Assembly: GCA_018335295.1 (NCBI GenBank)
Contig: JAGXKI010000006.1
Coordinates: 4,443-68,442, forward strand
Reading direction: 5' to 3'
Source: a bacterium
Lineage (GTDB): Bacteria; Acidobacteriota; Aminicenantia; Aminicenantales; Aminicenantaceae
DNA length: 64,000 nucleotides
Part shown: positions 41,125 to 51,050 of the stretch, piece after piece
Position numbering within the stretch: position 1 is the stretch's first letter
How the letters are laid out: the number at the start of each line of letters is the position of its first letter
Program-made: the position numbers and the translations under genes
The notes under the pieces: model-generated
Database searches by the model: none
What the model saw: the letters and a program-made list of their open reading frames with translations, nothing else
What the model was told of the DNA's origin: nothing

Positions 41125-41141
41125 TGATATATAATATATCA
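41125..41141. promoter_or_regulatory. Perfect 17-bp palindrome, candidate repressor operator
   Basis: TGATATAT-A-ATATATCA, covering the predicted -10 of the activase-hypD operon. Confidence 0.6.
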
Positions 41142-41161
41142 CAGAATAATAGAGCTATCAA
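41133..41161 (-). promoter_or_regulatory. Candidate sigma-70 promoter of the activase-hypD operon
   Basis: TTGATA-N17-TATATT on the minus strand, 25 nt before ATG 41107. Confidence 0.6.
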
Positions 41162-41367
41162 ATTTTATATTTTTTGGGTAAAAGAATAAATATTTTTTAA
41201 TATAATTATTTGAGTTTCAATGAAATATTTCAAAATAACTTTTTTAGGTAAAAATTTTCTTTTATAAACTTTAAAAATTTGATATTTAACATATTAATGA
41301 TCATATCTTTTAGCTTTTTTCCTATTTATTTACATCTTCCATCCAAATTCTGTAAACAGGAGTTAAA

Positions 41368-43656
41368 ATGAACCTCCAAAAAAATTGTTTATTCCTCCTC
41401 ATTCCCCTGATTCTCTGGGGATCCTGTAAAGCCCCACAAAAAAGAGAAATAACCAAAAAAGATTATAAAAGGGCCGAAAGTTTTCTCCCCCGCAACCTGG
41501 AGAAAAAAGCGTACAACCTGAAAGTATCCCCTCACTGGATAATGGAAAGCTCTTCTTTTTGGTATAAAGTCAATACCAAAGAAGGAAAAAAATTCTGGAA
41601 AGTTGACCCTGAAGAAAAAGTAAAAAAACCCGCTTTCGATCACAAGAAATTAGCCAAAGCTCTATCCAGAAAAACCGGAGAAACTTATACTTATAAAGAC
41701 CTGCCTTTTGACACGATTGAGTTTGTAGAAAAATATAAGATTAAATTCAAAGTCGATGACCAAACTTGGATTGCTGATTTGAAAGATTATACCCTGAAAC
41801 AAAAAGAAAAGAAGAAAGAAAAAGAGGAAAAGCTCTCTCCTGATGGGAAATGGGTAGCCTTTTCCAAAGATTACAACCTTTTTATCCGCTCTAAAAAAAC
41901 AGGACAAGAAATTCAATTAACCACCAAAGGTCAAAAACTCTACGAGTACGCCAGCTCTTTGAAATGGGGAGATTTGATTGAAGGAGAAAATGGCAAAATT
42001 CCCTCCCGTTTCATGATTAAATGGTCTCCTGACTCCAAAAAAATTTATACTCATATACTGGATTTAAGAGAAGCTAAGAAGCTTTATTTACTCAAATCTG
42101 CAGATAAAGAAGGTTATAGGGCTAAACTTTTCTCCTACTATCGTGCTCTTCCTGGAGAAAAAAATTCAGGTCGTCTCATTCCGGTGATTATTAATGTGGA
42201 AACTCAAAAAGAGGTAAAAATTGACCTGGAACCTATCCCCCGCTTCTTGGGTTTAGATATCCATTGGTTTAAAAACAGCCGGAAGCTTCATGCTCGAAAA
42301 TATGACCGAGGTTACAAAGCTGTAAACTTACTAGAAATAAATGCTCAAACCGGAGAAGTAAAAAACGCAATAAAAGACGAAAACAAGACCTATGTAGAAA
42401 ACTCTCTCTGTGAGTACAAATTTTTAGAGGAGTCAGGAAAAACTTTCCTCACTTCAGAACGGGATGGATGGAATCATATCTATTTGTATGACTGGAATAA
42501 AGGTGAACTCATTCGTCAAATTACCGAAGGGAAATTTGTGGTTCTAGATATTGTTTACGCAGACAAAGAAAAAGAGAATATTTTCTTTACAGCGGTAGGA
42601 AGGGAAAAAAATCGTGATCCCTATTTAGTCCATCTTTACAGGGTAGGTTTTGATGGATCCGACCTAAAACTACTCACTCCTGAACATGCTTACCATGAGA
42701 TGAACTCCTCTCCAAATCATAAATATTTTGTGGATAACTATTCCCGTGTAGACTCTCCTCCTCAATCTGTACTCCGAAAACTGGAAGATGGCTCCATTCA
42801 TATGAAGTTAGAAGAAGCTGATGTCAAGGATGTAATGGCCCTAGGTTGGGACTCTCCCGAACCGTTTAAAGTCAAAGCCGCTGATGGCAAGACTGATATT
42901 TATGGGCTGATATGGAAGCCTTCTAACTTTGACCCTACGAAAAAATACCCAGTTATTGATCAAACCTATACCGGACCTCAAGCCGTAAATACTCCTAAAA
43001 CTTTTACTCGAGCTTTATTTCACTCCAATACCTCTTTAGTAGAGTTGGGGTTTATCGCTATAACTGTAGATGGCCGAGGCACGGCCCACCGCTCCAAAGA
43101 ATTCCATAATTTTTCTTACCACAACCTGGGAGGAGGATGCACAGACCATATTACCGCCATTAAAAAATTATCAAAGGAACATGATTACATGGATACAGAG
43201 AGGGTAGGAATTTACGGCCACTCTGCAGGCGGGTATGATGCAGCTCATGCTCTCCTTAAGTGGCCAGATTTTTATAAAGTGGGAGTTTCTTCCTCTGGAA
43301 ATCACCATCACAGGATGGCCAAAGCCTGGTGGCCTGAGATGTACATGGGATATCCTGTAGAAAAATACTACAAAGAACAGTCTAACATTAATATGGCAAA
43401 AAACCTTAAAGGAAATCTGCTGTTAGTCCATGGTGATATGGATGAAAATGTGAATCCAGCTTCTACCATAAGACTGGCTCATGCTCTGATCAAGAATAAG
43501 AAAGACTTTGACCTTTTAATCCTTCCCAACAATCATCACGGCTATAAAGGAGTGTTTAAAGATTATTTTATAAGAAAAAGATGGGACTATTTTGTAGAAC
43601 ATCTCCACTCCATTCAACCCCCTTCTTACACTTTAACTACTCCTAAAAAGGAATAG
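41368..43656 (+). CDS. S9B dipeptidyl-peptidase IV family lipoprotein
   Basis: Lipobox-like WGSC; WSPDS; YTGPQ; GHSAGG nucleophile; GDMDENV; NNHHG. Confidence 0.9.
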   Translation: MNLQKNCLFLLIPLILWGSCKAPQKREITKKDYKRAESFLPRNLEKKAYNLKVSPHWIMESSSFWYKVNTKEGKKFWKVDPEEKVKKPAFDHKKLAKALSRKTGETYTYKDLPFDTIEFVEKYKIKFKVDDQTWIADLKDYTLKQKEKKKEKEEKLSPDGKWVAFSKDYNLFIRSKKTGQEIQLTTKGQKLYEYASSLKWGDLIEGENGKIPSRFMIKWSPDSKKIYTHILDLREAKKLYLLKSADKEGYRAKLFSYYRALPGEKNSGRLIPVIINVETQKEVKIDLEPIPRFLGLDIHWFKNSRKLHARKYDRGYKAVNLLEINAQTGEVKNAIKDENKTYVENSLCEYKFLEESGKTFLTSERDGWNHIYLYDWNKGELIRQITEGKFVVLDIVYADKEKENIFFTAVGREKNRDPYLVHLYRVGFDGSDLKLLTPEHAYHEMNSSPNHKYFVDNYSRVDSPPQSVLRKLEDGSIHMKLEEADVKDVMALGWDSPEPFKVKAADGKTDIYGLIWKPSNFDPTKKYPVIDQTYTGPQAVNTPKTFTRALFHSNTSLVELGFIAITVDGRGTAHRSKEFHNFSYHNLGGGCTDHITAIKKLSKEHDYMDTERVGIYGHSAGGYDAAHALLKWPDFYKVGVSSSGNHHHRMAKAWWPEMYMGYPVEKYYKEQSNINMAKNLKGNLLLVHGDMDENVNPASTIRLAHALIKNKKDFDLLILPNNHHGYKGVFKDYFIRKRWDYFVEHLHSIQPPSYTLTTPKKE

Positions 43657-43787
43657 GTTTAATACAAACAAAACCTCAACTAAAGGAGGGTTCACTGAAA
43701 AAGTCAAATAGACTCAATATAATTCTTCCTCCTATTTTGGGATAATACAGGTTAATTTTATCTTCTTCAGGAGAAGAGTTCGGAGAT

Positions 43788-44990
43788 TCAATACTCACTG
43801 GTCATGATAAAGAGTGGCTTTTGGGAAAAGCTTTTATAAAAAGGACGAAGCCTTTCTTTATTGTAATATTTTTCAACATCCACCTTTTTTTTCACTTTTG
43901 TGACCGCTTCAATAGGCGCATCTCCGTATTTGCCGTTTCTTAGAGAAACCATCTTCCCCGAGACTCCGCTTAAAGCCAGATCCAAGGCCAAATTCCCAAA
44001 GGCCATGGGCACCACAGAGTCTACAGCATCCGGGTCTCCACACCGGACCATGTAACTCAACCTCTGGTTGATCACATTGATCCGTCTTCCTTTATTGAAT
44101 TTGGGGGAAAGCTTTTTTATTTGACTGGAAACCACATCTCCAACTCCTCCCAGCTTTTTATGTCCGAACATATCCTTTTCCTTGCTTTTATAGATCATCT
44201 CATGGCCTTCCATCCGAGCTCCTTCGGAAACCAGAACCACTGAATAATTACTGGGATTGGTGAGCCGGTCTTGAACCAGAAGTTCACATAAATGTTCCAT
44301 ATTAAACTGATATTCCGGTATCACACACCGGTTGGCGGCTCCAGCCATGGTAGGAATGAGAGCTGTAAACCCGGCATATCTTCCAAAAACCTCGATGACT
44401 AAAACTCTCTCATGAGAACCCGCAGTGGTCCGCAGGGCATGGGTCAGAGCAATGGTCCGGGTCACACAAGTGCTGAACCCGATGCAGTAATCTGTGCCCG
44501 GCACATCATTGTCCATAGTCTTGGGGATCCCGATAACCTTCACCCCCTCCTCATGCAGTCGATTGGCGTATTTGAGCGTATCGTCCCCTCCCACAGGAAT
44601 CAGATAATCTATGCCCAAATATTCCAGATTTTTTAAAACTTCCGGGGTTAAATCATTCGTCTCCTGGTCATATTTTTCCTTCAGGTGGCCGGGGACATTT
44701 ATTTGAGGGACCCGGCTCGGGCGAGTCCGTGAAGTATGTAAAAAGGTGCCCCCTGTACGTCCCACTTTATTGACAATTTCTTCGCTCAGATACTGGCAGT
44801 TGGAGGAATTATCCGTCCTTTTGTCCCGAATCATATCCACCAATCCAGCCCAGCCTCTTCGAATCCCGATAACATTGTATCCCTCACGAAGAGCGCGGAG
44901 TGTAATGGCCCTGATGGCTGGGTTCAATCCAGGAACATCACCGCCCCCCGTGAGTATTCCAATAGTTCCTTTCTTCCTCTTTGTATTCAC
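43788..44990 (-). CDS. pfkA: Phosphofructokinase, probably PPi-dependent
   Basis: LTGGGDVPGLN, GGTFLHTSR, GGDDT (Asp) and PKTMDND (Lys) specificity signature, EVFGRYAG; GTG start with SD AAGGAG. Confidence 0.88.
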   Translation of the reverse strand: MNTKRKKGTIGILTGGGDVPGLNPAIRAITLRALREGYNVIGIRRGWAGLVDMIRDKRTDNSSNCQYLSEEIVNKVGRTGGTFLHTSRTRPSRVPQINVPGHLKEKYDQETNDLTPEVLKNLEYLGIDYLIPVGGDDTLKYANRLHEEGVKVIGIPKTMDNDVPGTDYCIGFSTCVTRTIALTHALRTTAGSHERVLVIEVFGRYAGFTALIPTMAGAANRCVIPEYQFNMEHLCELLVQDRLTNPSNYSVVLVSEGARMEGHEMIYKSKEKDMFGHKKLGGVGDVVSSQIKKLSPKFNKGRRINVINQRLSYMVRCGDPDAVDSVVPMAFGNLALDLALSGVSGKMVSLRNGKYGDAPIEAVTKVKKKVDVEKYYNKERLRPFYKSFSQKPLFIMTSEY

Positions 44991-45263
44991 GACAATCCAC
45001 TCCTTTTTAAAAGCTTTCTTTTAAGTATAATTGAAAATTAAGAGGGAAGTAAATGCCTCCATATTGGGGATAAAAATACCCGACTCCTATGAAACCCTTC
45101 TCTATCCAGGAAGATTCAAAATATTTTTTTTGAACCTTTCCCTTCCGTTTAAAAAAGACGGGATATCGATTTTCTCCGGACAAAGAGGTAGAGAAAGCTG
45201 TGCCCTTTCAAATTTCAGAAAAAAAGAGGTTTTCTTTCCCGCACAGGGATTGTTTAGGATATC

Positions 45264-45298
45264 AACCAGAGGTAAAGGGGTTTCCTCTACCTCTGGTT
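45264..45298. terminator. Strong stem-loop after porB (terminator or 3' stabiliser)
   Basis: AACCAGAGGTA...TACCTCTGGTT 11-bp stem plus a 3-bp inner extension; lacks a U-tract on the porB strand. Confidence 0.5.
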
Positions 45299-45306
45299 TT
45301 AAATTT

Positions 45307-46245
45307 TTATTTCTGTTGTGAAAATCCAGCCAGCCTGTTCAATTCTTCCCATTCTTCATCAATTTCCTTCTGAATCCGCTGTATAACGGAAGCATTCTCT
45401 TCCTTGAATAAATGACGAAATCTTCCTTGAGGTTTGAGCCATTCAGTGATGGGTTTTTTCTTTCGGGGTTTGTAATTGATTTTATATTTTCCGTTTTCGA
45501 CTTCATAAAGAGGCCAAACACAGGTGTCCACGGCATCTTGAGCAAGCTGAAGCCCCTTAGCTTCGTCATATTTCCATTCAGTCGGGCACAAACAGAGGAC
45601 ATTCAGAAAGGCTGGTCCTTCTACTTCAAACGCCTTTTTGGCTTTATTATACAGATCCTTCCATCTTCCAGGACTGGCTTGGGCGGCATACGGAATCCCG
45701 TGGGCCGCCATCACTTTGGTTAAATCCTTACGGCGCTGCAGTTTGCCTGGACTTTGTGTTCCTGAAGGAGAGGTGGTAGCTGAAGCTCCCACCGGAGTGG
45801 CCGAAGACCTCTGGCCCCCTGTATTAGCGTAAGCGTTATTATCATAACACAGGTAGACTATATCATGACCTCTTTCCATGGCTCCAGAGAGAGCCTGGAG
45901 TCCAATGTCATAGGTTCCTCCGTCTCCTCCAATTCCCAGGAATTTAACCTTCTTGTCTTGGGGGATTCTTCCTTTTTTCTTCAGGGCCTGGTACATGGAT
46001 TCCACACCCGCGATAGTGGAGGCTGCATTTTCGAAAGCACTGTGAACCCAAGAAATGTTCCAAGAAGTTCGGGGGAATATAGTTGTACACACCTCGAGAC
46101 ATCCAGTCGCATTGGCCACGATCAAAGGATCTTCAGTTGCTCTCAAAACAATTTTCATTATGAGAGGAATGCCGCATCCCAGACACATACCGTGTCCGGC
46201 CACCAATCTATCTTCCATCTGAGCCAAATCTTTCAATTTTGCCAT
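45307..46245 (-). CDS. porB: Pyruvate/2-oxoacid:ferredoxin oxidoreductase beta subunit
   Basis: GHGMCLGCG, NATGCLEV, GGDGGTYDIG (TPP binding), YDNNAYANTGGQ. Confidence 0.93.
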   Translation of the reverse strand: MAKLKDLAQMEDRLVAGHGMCLGCGIPLIMKIVLRATEDPLIVANATGCLEVCTTIFPRTSWNISWVHSAFENAASTIAGVESMYQALKKKGRIPQDKKVKFLGIGGDGGTYDIGLQALSGAMERGHDIVYLCYDNNAYANTGGQRSSATPVGASATTSPSGTQSPGKLQRRKDLTKVMAAHGIPYAAQASPGRWKDLYNKAKKAFEVEGPAFLNVLCLCPTEWKYDEAKGLQLAQDAVDTCVWPLYEVENGKYKINYKPRKKKPITEWLKPQGRFRHLFKEENASVIQRIQKEIDEEWEELNRLAGFSQQK

Positions 46246-46258
46246 TATTATCTCCTTT

Positions 46259-47440
46259 CTACTCCCTTAAATTGATGTAACCATAGATTTCTTCTACTTT
46301 TCCTGTTTTCGCTATCCTTTCCAGCTTGGAAGCCACTTCTTTAAAGTGTTCCCCTTTTATATCTCTTCCGCCTAATCCATAGACATAATTGACGATCTTG
46401 GGTCTTTCGGGATAATCATAGAGAGCAGACCTGATTTCAGTAAACAGAGGTGCTCCAAAGGCTCCCGGGCTGGATGAGCGATCCAGGACAGCCACGGCCT
46501 TCATCCTTTTCAGGACTTCAGCTATCTTACGGTGAGGAAAGGGTCTGAAAACTCGAGGTTTAAGAAGACCGACCTTCTTCCCTTGGTTTCGAAGTTCATC
46601 TACGGCATCTTTGCAGGTCCCGGCTGCGGAACTCATCACCACGATACAAACTTCAGCATCATCTGTCCGGTATTCTTCGAAAAACCCGTATTCGCGTCCG
46701 AATTCTTTTCCAAACTCCTTCCCCACTTCTTCAATAACCTTGGGGGCATTCTCAATACCTTCGATTTGATTCCGCTTGTGCTCAAAGTAGTAATCTGTAA
46801 AATCTATGGGCCCCACTGTTTTTTTCTGGTCTGTATCCAACATAGGATAAACCGGCTTATACTCACCGGCAAATTTTTTTATCTTTTCATCATCTTCCAC
46901 CTGAATACCTTCCAGAGAATGACTGATGATGAATCCATCTAAACCCACTAAAGCAGGAGTCCTCACATCTAGATGCTCCGCAATCCGGAAGGCTTGAATG
47001 AAATTATCATAAGCTTCCTGACAGTTCTCTGAATAGATCTGGATCCATCCGGAGTCCCTGGCTCCCATAGTATCGCTGTGGTCTCCGTGGATGTTGATGG
47101 GGGCACTCAAAGAGCGGTTCACAATTCCCGCCACGATGGGAAGCCTCAAACCTGCGGCAATGTAAAGCATTTCCCACATCAGGGCTAATCCTTGAGAACC
47201 CGTAGCGGTCATCACTCTACCTCCACCGGATGCTGCTCCGATACAAAGGCTCATGGCGCTGTGTTCACTTTCAGGACATACAAATTCTCCAGTGATCAAC
47301 CCATCAGCCTTGAACTTTGCTATGGTTTCCACAATAGAGGTGGATGGAGTGATGGGATAAGCGGCCACCACATCCGGGTCAATCTGTCTGGCTGCTTCAG
47401 CTACGGACTGATTTCCATTAAGGGTCTTGAGTGTGCTCAT
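46259..47440 (-). CDS. porA: Pyruvate/2-oxoacid:ferredoxin oxidoreductase alpha subunit
   Basis: AAYPITPST, ESEHSAMS, TATGSQGL, NRSLSAP, FRPFP, YGLGGRD. Confidence 0.93.
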   Translation of the reverse strand: MSTLKTLNGNQSVAEAARQIDPDVVAAYPITPSTSIVETIAKFKADGLITGEFVCPESEHSAMSLCIGAASGGGRVMTATGSQGLALMWEMLYIAAGLRLPIVAGIVNRSLSAPINIHGDHSDTMGARDSGWIQIYSENCQEAYDNFIQAFRIAEHLDVRTPALVGLDGFIISHSLEGIQVEDDEKIKKFAGEYKPVYPMLDTDQKKTVGPIDFTDYYFEHKRNQIEGIENAPKVIEEVGKEFGKEFGREYGFFEEYRTDDAEVCIVVMSSAAGTCKDAVDELRNQGKKVGLLKPRVFRPFPHRKIAEVLKRMKAVAVLDRSSSPGAFGAPLFTEIRSALYDYPERPKIVNYVYGLGGRDIKGEHFKEVASKLERIAKTGKVEEIYGYINLRE

Positions 47441-47751
47441 TTGGAACTCCTTTCAGCAAGCTTTATTTCCTCTTTAACCATGACAATAGCCTTTTCTTTC
47501 GGGGGGCATACTTCTGAACACATTCCACATCCCGTGCAGTAATCATATTTGATTCCTTTTACCTCCTCACCTTGGACTTCGATGGCGTGATGAGGACAAT
47601 AAAGCCAGCAAAAAAAACATTGAATGCACTTATCTTCAATAAACTGGGGTTTTTTCCCGGATCTCCATGTTCCAGTTAAATTCTGGACTGAATTCCCGGC
47701 ATTTAAATTGATAGTCCCCAGGGTTAATTCTTTCCATGTTTCCTTCTTCAT
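47437..47751 (-). CDS. porD: 2-oxoacid:ferredoxin oxidoreductase delta subunit (2x[4Fe-4S])
   Basis: TGTWRS, CIQCFFCWLYCP, YDYCTGCGMCSEVCP. Confidence 0.92.
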   Translation of the reverse strand: MKKETWKELTLGTINLNAGNSVQNLTGTWRSGKKPQFIEDKCIQCFFCWLYCPHHAIEVQGEEVKGIKYDYCTGCGMCSEVCPPKEKAIVMVKEEIKLAERSSK

Positions 47752-48326
47752 CCTTCTTTCACCTCCTTAAAAGCTCTGTCAATGGTTTTTAAATTCATTT
47801 CCACAACCTCGGGGCGCAGCTTCTTTCCCAGCGACTCTTTCATTCTCTCTTTAAATTTATCCAAATCATTCATAATTCCCGTCACCTTCACCAAAGCTGT
47901 AACCATAGGCACATTGGGTATCGCTCTTCCTATCTCATCTGAAGCAATGGTGTAAGCATCCAAAGCATAAATCTTCCGGTTGCCTAAAGGAAGCTTATCT
48001 CTTACCAGTGAGAGATCAAAGGTAGTATTTAAGAGAAAAACGGCGTCATCCCTTGCTCCGCTGCTGATATCCACTCTTCCCAATAGAGATGGATCCGTGA
48101 CCACCACGATATCCGGATAGTAAACTTGACTATGAGCCCGGACAGGTTTCCGGCTTATGCGGTTGAAAGCTAAGATAGGAGCCCCTCTTTTTTCAGCCCC
48201 AAATTCAGGTAAAGCTTGGACATACAAATCTTTTTCTTTGGAAAGCACATCGGCTAAGGTGACAGCTGCGGTAACAACACCTTGACCTCCACGGCCATGC
48301 CAACGAATCTCTGTGGTCTCTTTCAT
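47748..48326 (-). CDS. porC: 2-oxoacid:ferredoxin oxidoreductase gamma subunit
   Basis: EIRWHGRGGQGVVTAA, PEFGAEKRGAP, PNVPMV. Confidence 0.92.
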   Translation of the reverse strand: MKETTEIRWHGRGGQGVVTAAVTLADVLSKEKDLYVQALPEFGAEKRGAPILAFNRISRKPVRAHSQVYYPDIVVVTDPSLLGRVDISSGARDDAVFLLNTTFDLSLVRDKLPLGNRKIYALDAYTIASDEIGRAIPNVPMVTALVKVTGIMNDLDKFKERMKESLGKKLRPEVVEMNLKTIDRAFKEVKEG

Positions 48327-48397
48327 TTATCCTCCTCTTATGAATTTTATGTGTATTTAAACTCTGACTTAAATTTTAAATCCCTTTTCTCTTGGAA

Positions 48398-49012
48398 TCA
48401 ACTAGGATATCTGAATTCAGTCCTTCCTTCCAAAGCCTTCTTTATAGTCACCTGGTCTGCATAATCCAAATCCGATCCCACAGGGAGCCCCAGGGCTAAC
48501 CGGGTCAATCTAACGGGATAATCCTTTAACAGTTTAGCCAGGTAGGAAGCCGTGGTTTCTCCCTCAGCCGTAGGACTGGTAGCAATGATAATCTCTTTAA
48601 ACTTTCCTTGTTTAATCCTATTGAACAACTGATCAATCTTCAGCTCATCAGGTCCTCTTCCTTTTAAAGGAGAAAGATTCCCTAAGAGAACATGGTAGCG
48701 CCCCTGATACATCCCCGTTTTTTCAATAGAAGAAATATTGAAAGGTTGTTCTACAATGCATAAAGATTCATCGTCTCGCTCGCTGTCGCTGCAATAATAA
48801 CAGGGATCCACATCAGTCAGGTTGTTGCACACCGAACAATAAAAAGTATTGCGTTTGGCTTCTTTGATCGCTTCGGCCAGACGGTCTCCTTCTTCCTGAG
48901 AAAGTCCTATAAGATAAAAGGCGATCCTTTGGGCTGTTTTGGCTCCGATACTGGGAATTTTCTTTAACTCTTCAACCAAGCGGTTTAAAGGATCCTTCTG
49001 CTCATCCATCAA
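48398..49012 (-). CDS. recR: Recombination mediator RecR
   Basis: PSIGAKTAQRIAF, C4 zinc finger CSVC...CYYC, TOPRIM EGETTA, GSDLDYAD. Confidence 0.95.
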   Translation of the reverse strand: MMDEQKDPLNRLVEELKKIPSIGAKTAQRIAFYLIGLSQEEGDRLAEAIKEAKRNTFYCSVCNNLTDVDPCYYCSDSERDDESLCIVEQPFNISSIEKTGMYQGRYHVLLGNLSPLKGRGPDELKIDQLFNRIKQGKFKEIIIATSPTAEGETTASYLAKLLKDYPVRLTRLALGLPVGSDLDYADQVTIKKALEGRTEFRYPS

Positions 49013-49314
49013 AACAACCCTGGAATGTTCATGCCTGAACCTAAAGAGCCTAGTTTTTGAGATAATTGTTCATCCACTTTACTCCCGGCATCATTAAAGG
49101 CCGCTGTGATTAAATCTTGAAGCATATCTACCTCTTCCTTATTCACCACTTCAGGGTCTATTTTGAGAGAAATCAAATTCTTTGAACCATCCAGTGTCAC
49201 GGTAACCATTCCTCCACCGCTGGAGCCTTCAATCCTCATCTCAGCCATTTCTTTTTTGAGTTTTTCCTGCATTTCTTTGGCTGATTTGATCATTTTTTGG
49301 AAATTGCCTTTCAT
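49009..49314 (-). CDS. ybaB: YbaB/EbfC nucleoid-associated protein
   Basis: GSSGGGMVTV, DMLQDLITAAFN; lies between dnaX and recR. Confidence 0.93.
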   Translation of the reverse strand: MKGNFQKMIKSAKEMQEKLKKEMAEMRIEGSSGGGMVTVTLDGSKNLISLKIDPEVVNKEEVDMLQDLITAAFNDAGSKVDEQLSQKLGSLGSGMNIPGLF

Positions 49315-49495
49315 TTCACTCTCCTTATAAACCTGAACTATTCATAAAAAAGGCCGATACGTATAAATAACACAAATAGTATGAACGAGTTCCGAGAATT
49401 TCTCAAGGCGTCCGTAAAGAAACACAGTTTCATGGATTCTATCCTTTTATTTTATAGAAAAATCGGCCTTTTTTCCCTTTCAGGCAAGTTAAAAC

Positions 49496-50923
49496 CTATG
49501 AATCCTTTCTTTTATTGGTTTCTTTAACCGAAATGATTTGGGCTTTGAATGTATCCATAAAAGATTTGACTGTGGGGTCCTTCAAAACCTCATCCATTTC
49601 TTTATTCCTGTGGCTGGATTGGGGTTTTGTTTTCTTTATATCTTGAAACCTCTCTGCCGAATCTTTATTTGGGTCCTGATTCCTTTTCTCCTGAGAAACA
49701 GACCTTTTATCCCTCCGATCTTCCTCTTCTGTGGAGGAATGGGCCTGAGGAGAAAACTTTCCCTGAGGAGAAGAACCCTTCATCTCTTTTTTCAGAGAGT
49801 CCAACTCTTTTATGATTTTTTTTAACGGCACAATTTTTTTATAATGGCACAATTTGACCAGTAAGGTTTCTAGATAGATTCGGGGATGGGAAGAAAATTT
49901 CAATCCCTGCTCCCTATCTTGAAGGGCAGACAAATAGCGAAGAAGATCATCTGAAGAAGCAAGTTCAGCTTCTTTCTTTAAATTCTTTATATCTTCTTCC
50001 TCCCAAAATAATAATTCTTGAGGGTTTTGCACCGATTTCACTAAAAGAAGATTCCGGAAATATTGAATGAGCTCTTTAAAGAAATACCGAAGGTCATAAC
50101 CATTTTGAATCACTTTCTCTGTCAACTGAAATATAAGATGGGAATTTCCCTCCATGATGGCTCCAGCGAATTGAGAGAAAATTTCCCTGCTGATCGTGCC
50201 CAATATTTCCTTTAAATCCTCATCCCCTATGTTTTCTCCGGAAAAGGCCACAGCCTGATCCAGGATCCGTTGGGCATCTCTCACACTTCCCTCGGCAGCA
50301 TGGGCAATCAGATTGAGTCCTCTTTGGGAAATGCGGATATTCTCTTTTTCGGTTATAAAGGAAAGATGATTGATGATTTCCTTAACCGATATTTTTTTGA
50401 ATTCAAAATGCTGACATCGGGAGGCTATCGTATTGGGAACCTTATGAAATTCTGTAGTGGCAAAAATAAACACCGTATGGGAAGGTGGTTCTTCCAGAGT
50501 TTTTAATAATGCATTGAAAGCCTCTCTGGTCAACATATGAACCTCATCAATAATGATGACTTTATACCGGCCCCGGATAGGCCGGTACTTCACCCCTTCT
50601 CTCAAGGATCTCACTTCATCGATCCCTCGGTTGGAAGCGCCGTCGATTTCCAAAACATCTACACAATGGTCTTCATTGATTTCCCTGCAAAAATCACATT
50701 GGTTGCACGGTTGGGGAGTAGGGCCCTGTTGACAGTTCAAAGCTTTGGCCAATAACCGAGCCGCTGTGGTCTTTCCTATCCCTCTCATACCAGAGAAAAT
50801 GTAAGCTTGAGCCACACGATCGTTCCTTACGGCATTTTGGAGAGTTTGAACCACATGCTTTTGGCCTATCATCTCCTCAAAACTCATAGGCCTGTATTTA
50901 CGGGCGTAGATTAAATATTTCAT
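49496..50923 (-). CDS. dnaX: DNA polymerase III subunit gamma/tau
   Basis: ARKYRP, GMRGIGKTT, PCNQCDFC, EIDGASNRG, IIDEVHML, LKTLEEPP, SRCQ. Confidence 0.96.
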   Translation of the reverse strand: MKYLIYARKYRPMSFEEMIGQKHVVQTLQNAVRNDRVAQAYIFSGMRGIGKTTAARLLAKALNCQQGPTPQPCNQCDFCREINEDHCVDVLEIDGASNRGIDEVRSLREGVKYRPIRGRYKVIIIDEVHMLTREAFNALLKTLEEPPSHTVFIFATTEFHKVPNTIASRCQHFEFKKISVKEIINHLSFITEKENIRISQRGLNLIAHAAEGSVRDAQRILDQAVAFSGENIGDEDLKEILGTISREIFSQFAGAIMEGNSHLIFQLTEKVIQNGYDLRYFFKELIQYFRNLLLVKSVQNPQELLFWEEEDIKNLKKEAELASSDDLLRYLSALQDREQGLKFSSHPRIYLETLLVKLCHYKKIVPLKKIIKELDSLKKEMKGSSPQGKFSPQAHSSTEEEDRRDKRSVSQEKRNQDPNKDSAERFQDIKKTKPQSSHRNKEMDEVLKDPTVKSFMDTFKAQIISVKETNKRKDS

Positions 50924-51050
50924 TGGCTGATTATTGAATATTGTCTTTTCTTCGGGGCTTTCTTCTTAAATATTATATTAACACAAATTTCTATGAATCC
51001 AAAAACATTTTTGTTTTCTCTTATTTAAAAATATTATATATTTTAAGGAT

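Noticed and set aside
45031-45321. 96-aa plus-strand ORF in the porB-pfk spacer
   Set aside because: TTG start without SD, runs through the hairpin and overlaps the porB stop; no recognisable protein features.
49781-49800. Possible programmed -1 frameshift in dnaX (A-run at LKKEM)
   Set aside because: The run reads CTG AAA AAA GAG, not the in-phase A AAA AAG heptamer, and no stimulatory SD or hairpin was evident.
49315-51050. SRP RNA (ffs) or other ncRNA flanking dnaX
   Set aside because: No domain-IV motif (CAGG...GGAA...AGCAG) or convincing long hairpin in either spacer.
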